The notes beneath the pieces were generated by a model. That model was not told the DNA's origin, made no database searches, and saw nothing but the letters and a program-made list of their open reading frames with translations. This document shows, in pieces, positions 1 through 8,860 of a DNA stretch of 64,000 bases. Both the position numbers and the translations under genes were made by a program. The stretch's first letter is position 1, and the number at the start of each line of letters is the position of its first letter. Origin of the DNA: a virus; IMG/VR virus record IMGVR_UViG_3300036790_000218, positions 7,850 through 71,849 of that record; one strand, written 5' to 3'.

Positions 1-4
1 GCTG

Positions 5-433
5 ATGAGCAGCGACCTGAAGATCAGCAAGGCCGCCGGGGCGACCGGTGGCGCGGGCGAGACCACCGAGCAGTCCACGACGTTCCTGCGCAAGGACGGC
101 GTGTACATCAACCCGTTCTCGGTCCCTGCGCCGCTGCTGGCCGGCACGAGCACGGCCGCGTCGGCACCGGTCCTGACGCCGACGTTCGCCAGCGGCACCG
201 CTTCGCAGCTGAGCGACACCACGCGCGACTACATGGTGTACCTCAACGTCACCACGTCGGGCACGGCGACGAGCGTCACGATCGGGCCCACCTCGGCTGG
301 CAACACGGTGAGCATCATGGCCAGCGCTGCGGCGACCGCAGGCCAGGTCATCGCCTTCCGGCTGCCCGCCGGCTGGTACGTCAAGTGGACCGGCACGACA
401 ACCGTTCTCGCGCAGGCCGCGATCGGCTGCTGA
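5..433 (+). CDS. Small Thr/Ala/Ser-rich virion-associated (decoration-like) protein
   Basis: Start overlaps an upstream stop (TGATG); beta-rich composition; head-gene context. Confidence 0.5.
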   Translation: MSSDLKISKAAGATGGAGETTEQSTTFLRKDGVYINPFSVPAPLLAGTSTAASAPVLTPTFASGTASQLSDTTRDYMVYLNVTTSGTATSVTIGPTSAGNTVSIMASAAATAGQVIAFRLPAGWYVKWTGTTTVLAQAAIGC

Positions 434-436
434 GGC

Positions 437-895
437 ATGGCGGGGCGGTGGAGGTGCGCGCAGTGCAGGTGCCTGTACGCCCCGGGGGCGCCCTGCTGCC
501 CTGACTGCCGGTCCGCGGAGCACGAGGAGGAGGACGAGATGCCGAAGATCGACAGGTTCGGCGTGGCCACCATCGGCTCCGTCACGACCGGGCACGCCTC
601 GGCGATCCTGCCGGACGGCGGGGCCGTGCCGCCCGCCATTCCCCCGGCTGAGGTGAAGCCAGCGGCCGGGACGGAGGCGCAGGCCGGGGAGAAGGAGGCC
701 GCGGCCCCGGAGGTCGTGACCGTGGCCGAGCAGAAGGCGGCCGGGGTGCCACCGGAGGAGACGGTCACGGTCGCCGCCCAGAAGGCGGGCACCCCGCCTC
801 CGCTGCCGCCCCCGGCGGACCCGGCCGCGCCGCCGGCGAAGGCCGCCGCCACTCCTGCGCCCGCGACTCCGCCGAAGAAGGCGGCAGATGGCTAG
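437..895 (+). CDS. Zn-ribbon protein with Pro/Ala-rich tail
   Basis: CAQC...CPDC at the N-terminus, low-complexity PA-rich C-terminus. Confidence 0.55.
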   Translation: MAGRWRCAQCRCLYAPGAPCCPDCRSAEHEEEDEMPKIDRFGVATIGSVTTGHASAILPDGGAVPPAIPPAEVKPAAGTEAQAGEKEAAAPEVVTVAEQKAAGVPPEETVTVAAQKAGTPPPLPPPADPAAPPAKAAATPAPATPPKKAADG

Positions 896-1151
896 CCCGC
901 AGCCCGCGACGGGTGCCTGGTATGCCCTGGGCGCGATCTTCCGGGACCAGGAATACGAGTTCGAGCGGTGGCGGCAGGAGGTGCAGTCCGAGGGCGGCCT
1001 GGCCTGCCCGCGTGACGGCGAGCCGTTGTCGACCGGGCCCAGCACGGGCGCCGGGGCGTCGGTGGTCCGGTACTGCCGGTTCTGCGGATGGCAGGCGCCA
1101 CGTGATGTCATCTCGCCGCGGCACGGGGTCAAGATGGGGCGCGACGGGTGA
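888..1151 (+). CDS. Small Zn-finger phage protein
   Basis: CPRDG...CRFCG; overlaps both neighbours. Confidence 0.55.
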   Translation: MASPQPATGAWYALGAIFRDQEYEFERWRQEVQSEGGLACPRDGEPLSTGPSTGAGASVVRYCRFCGWQAPRDVISPRHGVKMGRDG

Positions 1152-2242
1152 GCGAAGCAATGTTGCGGCCGCCGGGCGCGGTCCTGGACCAGTACGACTG
1201 GGCGCAGTCGTGGTCCCGGTTCCTGGCCGCCCTGCGGGATCCTCACGACGCACTCGGCGTCAGGCCGGTGATCCGCGACGCCGCGCAGGGCATGTCGGAA
1301 CGCATCCCGGCCGAGGGCGGCTTCCTGGTGCCGTGGGTGCTGACCGAGCAGGTGCTGCACTACACCGCCGGGGCGATCGTCCGGCCGCGCGCGACCCCGG
1401 TCCCGATGACCACCCTGCAGCAGGCGATCCCTTCCCTGTCGGCCTACGACCAGAGCGACGGCGGCCAGGCCCTGGGCGGCATGAAGTTCTCCGTGGTGGA
1501 GGAAGCCGCCGCGATCCCGGCGACCGCGCCGTCCTTCGACCGCCTCCAGCTTGAGGCCCGCAAGTACGGCGGCTACCTGCAGAACGTCCCGGCCGAGCTT
1601 CTCGGCGACGCGAACGGCGCCATGGGTGACCTGCTCGGCCGCATCATCGGCGAGGGTTACGCCTGGTGGGAAGACGAACTCTGGATAAATGGGACAGGTG
1701 TTGGCCAGCCGCAGGGCCTGGTGAACGCGCCCGGCGCGAAGGTGGTGGACCGGGCGGTGGTCAGCGTGGTCGGCCTGGCGGACGTGGCGGCCATGATGGA
1801 GGCCCTGCACCCCGCCGCTGAGCGCGGCAGTGCGTGCTGGCTGCTCAACTCCCAGGTCTTCGACTACTTCCTGACGCTGTCCCTCGGCGTCGGCGCCTCC
1901 CCAAGCGCCACTTACGTGCCGGCGTCGGAGTGGCTGCGCTACGACGAGACGAACCGGTGCTGGCGGCTCATCGGGCTGCCCTGCTTCCCGCACGACCACA
2001 ACCCAGGACTCGGCGACACGGGGGATGTCATCCTCGCCGACCTGGGCCAGTACCTGATCGGCGACCTCCTGGCCCTGACTGTCGAGCTGAGCGAGAAGGG
2101 GTCCGGGTTCGGCAAGGACACGGTCAACATCCGCGTCCGCTCCCGCATCGACGGCCGGTTCTGGCCGCAGTCCACGTTCACAACGGCCGCTGGTGCCGTG
2201 GTGAGCCCGCTCGTGATCCTCTCGGCGACCGTGGCGACCTGA
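1148..2242 (+). CDS. Phage major capsid protein, HK97 fold (short N-terminus)
   Basis: EGGFLVP, EEAAAIP, ELLGD, INGTGVGQPQGL, LIGLP, GDVILADLGQY, RIDG motifs. Confidence 0.85.
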   Translation: MSEAMLRPPGAVLDQYDWAQSWSRFLAALRDPHDALGVRPVIRDAAQGMSERIPAEGGFLVPWVLTEQVLHYTAGAIVRPRATPVPMTTLQQAIPSLSAYDQSDGGQALGGMKFSVVEEAAAIPATAPSFDRLQLEARKYGGYLQNVPAELLGDANGAMGDLLGRIIGEGYAWWEDELWINGTGVGQPQGLVNAPGAKVVDRAVVSVVGLADVAAMMEALHPAAERGSACWLLNSQVFDYFLTLSLGVGASPSATYVPASEWLRYDETNRCWRLIGLPCFPHDHNPGLGDTGDVILADLGQYLIGDLLALTVELSEKGSGFGKDTVNIRVRSRIDGRFWPQSTFTTAAGAVVSPLVILSATVAT

Positions 2243-2276
2243 CCGGCTCGCATAACTGAATAGCTCCAGTTTTCCC

Positions 2277-2296
2277 GCCGGGCCGCACGGCCCGGC
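2277..2296 (+). terminator. GC-rich hairpin after the capsid gene
   Basis: GCCGGGCC-gcac-GGCCCGGC inverted repeat in the intergenic gap. Confidence 0.4.
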
Positions 2297-2326
2297 TAAG
2301 AGCAGAAAGCGACTCTGAGGGAAGCG

Positions 2327-2947
2327 TTGAAGAAGAAGGCGGCCGCCGTGCCCGGCGGCGTGATGAAGCCTGCGCGCCCGGCTAAGCCGGCGGCGCCCAA
2401 GCGGGTAACCGTGCCCGCGCACAAGGCCGCCTCGTCCAAGCACAAACCCGCCGCGTCGCCGAAGCACAAGGCGGCAGGGACGGCCAAGCACAACGCGAAG
2501 ACCGGGCTCGCCCTGCACCCGGACGATGTCCAGTGCTGCGCCGCCCAGGCGCTCGCCGCCTCGCTGCGGCTGGTACTGGGCACCGCCGTGCACCAAGAGG
2601 ACATGCTGGCGCTGTACTGGCGGACCGCGAGCCACCCGGACGAGGGTGCATCGATCCTGGACACGCTCAAGGCCGCGCGGGAGTACGGGCTCGCGGGCCC
2701 GAGGCCCCGTTCTTTGACCTCGCTGACCTGCGGAAACGTGATGCGCGATCCGCGTAATTGCAGGTCAGCGGCCGGGCCCGGCCTGCCGCGTGTCAAGCAT
2801 GGCCTTATCCTCCGCCTCGAACTTCCCGCAGGTCCGCACGCCGTCCTCGCTGACGGCAAGCGCTGGTGGTCGTGGGGCGAGCCGTACGACCCGGCTGACT
2901 TCGGGAACCCGGTCATCAGCGAGGCATGGGCGGTGGCCTGGTCATGA
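2327..2947 (+). CDS. Lys/Ala/Pro-rich N-terminus plus putative papain-like (Cys/His) domain
   Basis: PAK-type repeats; QCCAAQAL...HAVLADG...WSWG. Confidence 0.45.
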   Translation: MKKKAAAVPGGVMKPARPAKPAAPKRVTVPAHKAASSKHKPAASPKHKAAGTAKHNAKTGLALHPDDVQCCAAQALAASLRLVLGTAVHQEDMLALYWRTASHPDEGASILDTLKAAREYGLAGPRPRSLTSLTCGNVMRDPRNCRSAAGPGLPRVKHGLILRLELPAGPHAVLADGKRWWSWGEPYDPADFGNPVISEAWAVAWS

Positions 2948-3474
2948 CCATGCCGACCGTGGCGCCAGCGTTCCCGGAGCCCTACCTCCAGCCTGACCGC
3001 ACCCGGGACTGCGGCTTCTACGGTGCCGCCTACCTCGCTCGCTGCCTCGGATTCCCGGATGTGACTGCTGAGCAGGTCAAGGCATGGCGATCCGAGACCT
3101 GCCGCCACGAGGATCACTACGCCAGGGTCGCGCTCGGCGCGCAGATGCGCACCTTCTGGGATGAGTGCACGGACGATACGGCGTCCGTGGCCGAGAACCT
3201 GCGGCGTGGCAGGTTCTGGATGGGGCCGGGCACCGGAGAGTGGGTCCGTTCCTGGCTGGCGGACGGCTGGATCGCCCACGCCGAGGTCATGCGCATCTCC
3301 GCATTCGGCCACGCCGTGGTGCTCCTGGACGCTAGCGATGAGGGCGTCCTGCTGATGGATCCGCTCTACGGTCACGTGATCGAGCCGTGGGGCTGGTTTC
3401 TCGGCAGTGGTCCCGGCACGCCCGGTGCTCATCACATCGCGGGCTGGTACCGGCTCGGCGGGGGTGCCCGGTGA
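2944..3474 (+). CDS. Putative C39/papain-like cysteine peptidase
   Basis: RDCGFYGAAYL (Cys), GHAVVLL (His), LMDP (Asp) arrangement. Confidence 0.55.
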   Translation: MTMPTVAPAFPEPYLQPDRTRDCGFYGAAYLARCLGFPDVTAEQVKAWRSETCRHEDHYARVALGAQMRTFWDECTDDTASVAENLRRGRFWMGPGTGEWVRSWLADGWIAHAEVMRISAFGHAVVLLDASDEGVLLMDPLYGHVIEPWGWFLGSGPGTPGAHHIAGWYRLGGGAR

Positions 3475-4619
3475 CCGTTTACGAGCCGTGTAGCTGCACG
3501 CGCGAGGACGTCATGCGCGCGGTGGACTTCCGCGACGGCATCACCACCGAGATCCAGGGCAAGATCGACCGGGGCATCCAGTCCGTCTCCCGCGACATCG
3601 AAGGCCACCTGCACCGGCTGTTCTACCCCTACGACCGCACTATCTGGAAAGACTTCCCGAACCACCAGTACACCTCGCCGTGGAAGCTGTACCTGGACAA
3701 CACGGGCGAGGAGATGGTGGTCCTGACCTCGCTGGCCTCCGGCGGGGTGCCGATCGGCCTGGACCAGTGCTTCCTGCGCCCGCAGAACCCGCGCCCCGGC
3801 TTCCCGTACACGCGGATCGAGCTGGACCGCTCGTCCGGCGCCACGTTCGGCGGGGCGTCGGCGACGCCGCAGAACGCGATCAAGGCCACGGGCACGTGCG
3901 GGTTCGGCGCTGACGCTGACTCGGCCGGCCAGCTCGGGACCTCCGCCGGGGACTCGGACCCCACCATCCTGATCACCGACGCGAGCCAGATGGGTGTCGG
4001 GGACCTGCTGATCCTCGGCTACGGCCGGGGCGAGCCCCCGTTCCCCGATGACGTCCTCGGCCACGCGGGGACGATCGCGCCGTACATCGGCGAGCGCGTG
4101 CTGGTGTCCGACCGGTCGGCTGCGGACACGGGCCTGGCCCAGTCCGGTGAGGGGTGCACGACGGCCAGCACTGCCGACGTCCAGCTGCAGTGGACGGGGA
4201 GCGGGACCGGGCCGCAGCGGGGCGAGGTGCTGCTGCTGGACTCCGAGCAGATGCTCGTCCTTTCCGTCGTCGCCGGGGTGGCGCTGGTGGAGCGGGCGTG
4301 GAACGGCACCATCCTGCAGGCCCACTCGGGGGCGGAGATCTGGGCGTACCGGTCGCTGTCGGTGCAGCGGGGCTTCCTCGGCACCACGGCCGCGCCCTGG
4401 ACGCAGGGGACGGCGGTGTACCGGCACCGGGTGCCGCAGCTGGTGCGGGACCTGGCCATCGCCGAGGGCGTGAACCGGTTCCTGCAGGAAGCCTCGGGCT
4501 ATTCGCGGACAGTGGGCGGCCCGGACATGGTGATGCCCGCCTCCGGGGCCGCGCTGGCCGACCTGTGGGACGAGTGCCGCACCACCTACGGCAGGCAAGC
4601 GAGGAGCAGGACGGTATGA
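3471..4619 (+). CDS. Putative head-tail connector/adaptor (module 1)
   Basis: Position after capsid; CTREDV...IEGHLHRLF N-terminus and VPQLVRDLAIA C-terminus. Confidence 0.55.
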   Translation: MTVYEPCSCTREDVMRAVDFRDGITTEIQGKIDRGIQSVSRDIEGHLHRLFYPYDRTIWKDFPNHQYTSPWKLYLDNTGEEMVVLTSLASGGVPIGLDQCFLRPQNPRPGFPYTRIELDRSSGATFGGASATPQNAIKATGTCGFGADADSAGQLGTSAGDSDPTILITDASQMGVGDLLILGYGRGEPPFPDDVLGHAGTIAPYIGERVLVSDRSAADTGLAQSGEGCTTASTADVQLQWTGSGTGPQRGEVLLLDSEQMLVLSVVAGVALVERAWNGTILQAHSGAEIWAYRSLSVQRGFLGTTAAPWTQGTAVYRHRVPQLVRDLAIAEGVNRFLQEASGYSRTVGGPDMVMPASGAALADLWDECRTTYGRQARSRTV

Positions 4620-5074
4620 GAAGCCACCCAGCACTGACCTGCCGCAAGTTCGCGGCAGCCCTCGAAGCGGCCGGGGTCATCTCCGACCTGGACACCATCG
4701 AGCGCATCATCATCGACGTCGACCCGGCCAAGATGGTCACGATTCACGTCCAGCGGGTCGGCGATGAGCGGCTGCTCGAGATCGCTGCCGTGCTCGCCGG
4801 CGCGCAGATCACCGAGCGGCCGAGAGCGGTCCGCTACTGGGCCCGGATCCACGACGACCTGATAGCGGACGGGAAGGCTGCATGGCCGGCCGGGGTGCGC
4901 CCGGTGCGGCCCGACGACTCGGGCCCGCCCGGCGCCGGCGTCCGCTGGTGGCTGATGGAGGACGATGACGCCCCGGCGGACCTGGACGGCAAGCGGGTCG
5001 AGCTAGTTGTTGGCCGCGGGCAGAACGCCGAGGATGCCCCGTACGTGACGCACATCGAGCGGCGGGTGGTGTGA
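4616..5074 (+). CDS. Hypothetical protein; C-terminal domain paralogous to 5336-5692
   Basis: WPAGVRPV...WWLMEDDDAPADLDGKRVEL. Confidence 0.55.
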   Translation: MRSHPALTCRKFAAALEAAGVISDLDTIERIIIDVDPAKMVTIHVQRVGDERLLEIAAVLAGAQITERPRAVRYWARIHDDLIADGKAAWPAGVRPVRPDDSGPPGAGVRWWLMEDDDAPADLDGKRVELVVGRGQNAEDAPYVTHIERRVV

Positions 5075-5075
5075 C

Positions 5076-5336
5076 GTGGACATCGCCGTGACCTTCACCA
5101 ACTGCCCTGAAGGCGTGGCCGAGGGTGTAGTGCTCCGCTTCCGGGACGTCGATCCGGACTGGCAGCTCAGCAGTCCGTGTGACATGGAGCAGATTTCGTG
5201 CGCCGAGGCGGGCTGTGCTGGCTGCCGCGCGACCCACCGCCGGTTTACCGGAAAGGCCCACCTGACGTTGGCGGCCCACGGCAGCAAGGACAGTCTTCGC
5301 TGGGAGACGCCCGACGCGGCGGGGGTGGTGTCCTGA
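5076..5336 (+). CDS. Hypothetical protein
   Basis: Coupled to the next gene (TGATG); Cys cluster. Confidence 0.45.
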   Translation: MDIAVTFTNCPEGVAEGVVLRFRDVDPDWQLSSPCDMEQISCAEAGCAGCRATHRRFTGKAHLTLAAHGSKDSLRWETPDAAGVVS

Positions 5337-5692
5337 TGGCCCGCTACCAGATCCTGATCGCTGACCCGATCCTGGCCCAGGGCCCGGTCTGGCCCGAGGG
5401 CATGCGCCTCGTGGGGCAGCTGGAACGCGGCGACGCGGGGACGCACTGGTGGCTGATGGACGACCCGGCCGCGCCGGAAGAGACCGAGGGCCGGCAGGTT
5501 GAGCTCCGGCTGCGCCGGGGCGACGACGGGGCACCCGAGGTCGCCGGGCGGCGCGTCATCGTGACCCACCTGGTGCCGCAGGACGACGGCGGGCTGATGC
5601 CGTGCTGCGGGCTGTCGCCGTTCGACGCACCCCGGTTCGACAAGATCACCGAGGACAAGGACGAGGTCACCTGCGGGGGCGAGGTCCCGTGA
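5336..5692 (+). CDS. Hypothetical protein, paralog of the C-terminal half of 4616-5074
   Basis: WPEGMRLV...WWLMDDPAAPEETEGRQVEL; C-terminal CCG..C. Confidence 0.55.
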   Translation: MARYQILIADPILAQGPVWPEGMRLVGQLERGDAGTHWWLMDDPAAPEETEGRQVELRLRRGDDGAPEVAGRRVIVTHLVPQDDGGLMPCCGLSPFDAPRFDKITEDKDEVTCGGEVP

Positions 5693-5810
5693 GGCTGATC
5701 TGGGTGCGCTGCCGCTCCTGCCGCAGGCGGATGCGCGTGGTGAAGAGCTCGGCGATCGCCAGCCGCAGGTACCGGCACTGCAACCGGTGCGTCACGGCGG
5801 GAGCGGTGCG

Positions 5811-6374
5811 ATGACCGGGATCCCGCTCGTCATCGCCGAGGTTCAGGATGGCCGCTGGCACCGGCACCTGCGCCGCTACCGGGCCGGCGCTGAGCGCGAC
5901 TGCCCTGCGCATGGCTACCACGACGCGATCGTCAGGATCGGGGAGGTCACCGAGCGGGCCGACGCCACTGGCGACAACTGGCCGCACGACGACGCGCGCT
6001 GGCCGGAGGCCTGCGACTGCGGTTACGTGTTCACGGCCGCAGATCACTGGCAGCGCAACGACTGCCGCGTCGTCCGCCTGCCGGACGGAACCGAGTTCAC
6101 CTGGTGGGGCTCGTTCGGCAGCGTCGCGCCGCCGGGCACCATGGTCCGCGCCACCTGGTACGACAACTTCTCGCACCACCCGGACGGGATCGAGTCGTGG
6201 CTGGTCTCGCTGCCGGACGGCGGGGAGTGGATCACCAGCCAGCGGGCTACGGATGGTGGCTACTGGACGGTGACGGGCACGCCGCCTGCGATCACCGCCA
6301 GCCCGTCGGTCTGGCATAACTCGCCGAAGGGCTGGCACGGCTTCGTGCGCAACGGGGAGCTGGTGCCGGCATGA
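5811..6374 (+). CDS. Hypothetical Trp/Cys/His-rich protein (DUF6527-like C-terminus)
   Basis: WTVTG.PP.IT.SPSV...WHGFVRNG ending. Confidence 0.5.
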   Translation: MTGIPLVIAEVQDGRWHRHLRRYRAGAERDCPAHGYHDAIVRIGEVTERADATGDNWPHDDARWPEACDCGYVFTAADHWQRNDCRVVRLPDGTEFTWWGSFGSVAPPGTMVRATWYDNFSHHPDGIESWLVSLPDGGEWITSQRATDGGYWTVTGTPPAITASPSVWHNSPKGWHGFVRNGELVPA

Positions 6375-6817
6375 CCGCGCTCAGGGTGAGGCTGGCCCCG
6401 TACCGGCGGGAGTCCGTCTTTGGTGGCGCCGATGGCCTCGGGCTGTACTTCGGCCTCGTCGCCGGCCTGATCGCCAGCCGGCAGCAGCCCGGCGCGGTGT
6501 GGGCCGCAGCGGTCAGCGGCGGCCTGGCCGAGTTCATCAGCATGGCGAACGCCCAGCGGGTGTCCGACCGCAAGTCCGGCCCGCTCGCCGCCCTGGTCAT
6601 CGGCGCCGCGTCGTTCGCGGGCTGCGTGCTGCCCGCGGTCCCCTATGCGGCGTGGCGCGGCCCCGGGGCGCTGGCCGTATCCCTCGGCGTGGCCGCGGCG
6701 GTGGCCGGGGTCATCTCGTGGCTGCGGCCCGAGCGGGGCGTGCTGGCCGCCGTCGAGACTTACGCCCTGCTGATCGTGACGGGCATTGCCTGCGGGGTGG
6801 TGGGGCTGTGGCTGTGA
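6371..6817 (+). CDS. VIT1/CCC1-like membrane protein (minimal)
   Basis: VFGGADG and GLAEFISMA match VIT1 TM1/TM2 signatures; about 5 TM segments. Confidence 0.6.
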   Translation: MTALRVRLAPYRRESVFGGADGLGLYFGLVAGLIASRQQPGAVWAAAVSGGLAEFISMANAQRVSDRKSGPLAALVIGAASFAGCVLPAVPYAAWRGPGALAVSLGVAAAVAGVISWLRPERGVLAAVETYALLIVTGIACGVVGLWL

Positions 6818-7170
6818 ACCGCTCGGTCCGCTCCCTGGCCGTCCTCGCTGGAGCTGTCGCCGTGTTCCTGCTGGCCTGGTACTGGCCGCAGGTCCGCGAC
6901 GAGTTCTTCGTCCTGCTCGGCAGCCGGAACGAATCAGGCGGCTGGTACGGGGTCTGGAGCGGGTTCGGCGGGGCGCTGCCCGATGTGATGATCGGGACCG
7001 CGCTGGCGGCCTGGTACTGGCACAGGAACTGTCATGTCCGCAGGTGCTGGCGGCTGGGCCGGCATCCGGTTGACGGGACGCCGTACATCACCTGCAGGCG
7101 TCACCACCCGCGGATCCCGTCCGAGGTCACCGCTGAGCACGTGGCCGAAGCGCAAAGGGGGCAGACGTGA
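6814..7170 (+). CDS. Membrane protein with C-terminal Cys/His cluster
   Basis: Two hydrophobic segments, then CHVRRC...CRRHHP. Confidence 0.55.
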   Translation: MNRSVRSLAVLAGAVAVFLLAWYWPQVRDEFFVLLGSRNESGGWYGVWSGFGGALPDVMIGTALAAWYWHRNCHVRRCWRLGRHPVDGTPYITCRRHHPRIPSEVTAEHVAEAQRGQT

Positions 7171-7751
7171 AGCGCGCTGTCGTTCTCCTCGCCGCCGCTG
7201 CCGTGGTTGTGACCGCGGGCGGATGGGTGCTGGCGGTCACCTGGCACCTGTCCTTCGGCGCCGGCTTGTACTGCTCACTCGGGACCGCGTCCACGGCCGG
7301 CTGCAACCCCGGCCTCAGCACAGCGGGCAAGGCCGCCGCGGCCGGGGTCATGCTGCTGGCGATCCCGCTCCTGGCCGCGTGCTTCTCCCTGCTGACCGGC
7401 CACCATGCGGGACGGCGGGCGGCCGAGCGGGCGCGCGAGCACGTGACAGCGGCGGAGAAGCGCATCGCCGAAGAGGCGGACCGGCGGCACGTGATCATGC
7501 AGCGGCACGTGGAACGGCTGCTCGCGGGTCACTGCGCTGACATCAAGGAGCACGTCTCGCTGGTGGCCGAAGGGCCGGCAAGGGGCGGAGCCGGTAGCAA
7601 CCCGGCCGGAGCGGGTTTGAACGCAGAGAGCGCCGGGAGTGCAGCCCCGGCCGGGCCCTTGGTCCCGCCGCCCGCCACCAGCGACGCGCTGCCGCTCATC
7701 AAGACCGGGCCGAAGACCGCCGGCCGCCGCCGGCCGAAGGGGGCAACCTGA
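7167..7751 (+). CDS. Two-TM ion-channel-like protein with degenerate filter
   Basis: TM-GLYCSLGTASTAGCNP-TM layout resembles the KcsA-type pore (TTVGYG replaced by STAGCN). Confidence 0.45.
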   Translation: MKRAVVLLAAAAVVVTAGGWVLAVTWHLSFGAGLYCSLGTASTAGCNPGLSTAGKAAAAGVMLLAIPLLAACFSLLTGHHAGRRAAERAREHVTAAEKRIAEEADRRHVIMQRHVERLLAGHCADIKEHVSLVAEGPARGGAGSNPAGAGLNAESAGSAAPAGPLVPPPATSDALPLIKTGPKTAGRRRPKGAT

Positions 7752-8161
7752 TGGGCGGCACCCTGAAGATCGACGTGCAGGCGGACGTGACCGGCCCGCT
7801 GGCCAGCGGTGAGGCAGACCGCGCACTGGAGGAATGGGCGCGCAACACCGCGAAAGCCCTCGGCGACGAGGGCGCGGACATGCTCCGCGCGTTCCCGATG
7901 AACAAGACCGGCCGCGCCCGGGGCGGGTTCCAGTCGAACATCCACGTCCTGCAGCAGGGCGCCACGGCGCGGATCCCGGCCCCGATGATCCGGGGCGTCA
8001 CCTGGGGGCCGTGGTTGGAGGGGTCGTCAAAGCGCAACGAGTCGACGCGGTTTCGCGGCTATCACCTGTTCCGCAAGACCCGCCAGGAGTTGCAAAAGCG
8101 GGCACCCGAGGTCGGCCAGCGCGAACTGGACAAGATCATGCCGCTGCTCGGGGGTGACTGA
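7751..8161 (+). CDS. Neck/tail-completion protein (HK97 gp10-like position)
   Basis: WGPWLEGSSKRN..TRFRGYHLFR; gene order. Confidence 0.5.
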   Translation: MGGTLKIDVQADVTGPLASGEADRALEEWARNTAKALGDEGADMLRAFPMNKTGRARGGFQSNIHVLQQGATARIPAPMIRGVTWGPWLEGSSKRNESTRFRGYHLFRKTRQELQKRAPEVGQRELDKIMPLLGGD

Positions 8162-8163
8162 CC

Positions 8164-8403
8164 ATGGCGTCGGTCGAGGTGACCACGCTTCTGGCCGCGA
8201 TCCGGCAGTGCGTCACGGTGGTGGAGCCGGGCGAGGTGCTGGCCGTGCGCGTCAGCGAGAACGCTGCCGATGACTACCTGGACGAGCTGAACGAGCGCGC
8301 CCGGGATCTGCGCGAGGTCATCGGCGTGCGGGTCGTGTTCATCCAGGGCGAGGAGTTCGCGCGGCTGCGGGCAGGCACCGAGCCTGACGGGAGCGGGCCG
8401 TGA
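8164..8403 (+). CDS. Hypothetical protein
   Basis: Coupled ORF with typical codon usage. Confidence 0.45.
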   Translation: MASVEVTTLLAAIRQCVTVVEPGEVLAVRVSENAADDYLDELNERARDLREVIGVRVVFIQGEEFARLRAGTEPDGSGP

Positions 8404-8858
8404 GCGTCCACGCCAGCGTCCTTTTCGCCGCCGTGGTCTCGGCCGCCAAGCAGCAGAACCTGTTCCGGGACGTGATCAGCCACGAGCCGAAGAACGCGCC
8501 TGGGACCGGCCTGCACTGCGCGGTCTGGTGGGACGGCACCGTCGCCTCGGGCCGGTCGTCGGGACTGGCGTCGGTTACCGCCGTGGTCACATTTCAGGGC
8601 CGCATCTACAGCAACATGCTCGCCGAGCCGCAGGACGAGATCGACCCCGACCTGATGGACGCTGCGCACCAGCTGATGGGCGCCTACGCGATGTCGTTCA
8701 CGTTCGGCGGCCAGGTGCGGATGGCCGACCTGACTGGCAGCGAGGGCGCGCCCATGTCCTGCCGCCCGGGCTACATCACGATCGGGCAGGCCATGTTCCG
8801 CGCGGCCGAATTGACGCTCCCGCTGGTGGTCAACGACATGTGGGAAGAGGTGCCGTAG
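8400..8858 (+). CDS. Putative tail terminator
   Basis: HEPKNAPG...IDPDL...LPLVVNDMW; lies just before tail genes. Confidence 0.5.
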   Translation: MSVHASVLFAAVVSAAKQQNLFRDVISHEPKNAPGTGLHCAVWWDGTVASGRSSGLASVTAVVTFQGRIYSNMLAEPQDEIDPDLMDAAHQLMGAYAMSFTFGGQVRMADLTGSEGAPMSCRPGYITIGQAMFRAAELTLPLVVNDMWEEVP

Positions 8859-8860
8859 GC

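Noticed and set aside
2243-2326. Riboswitch or ncRNA after the capsid gene
   Set aside because: Only one short hairpin; no recognisable aptamer consensus
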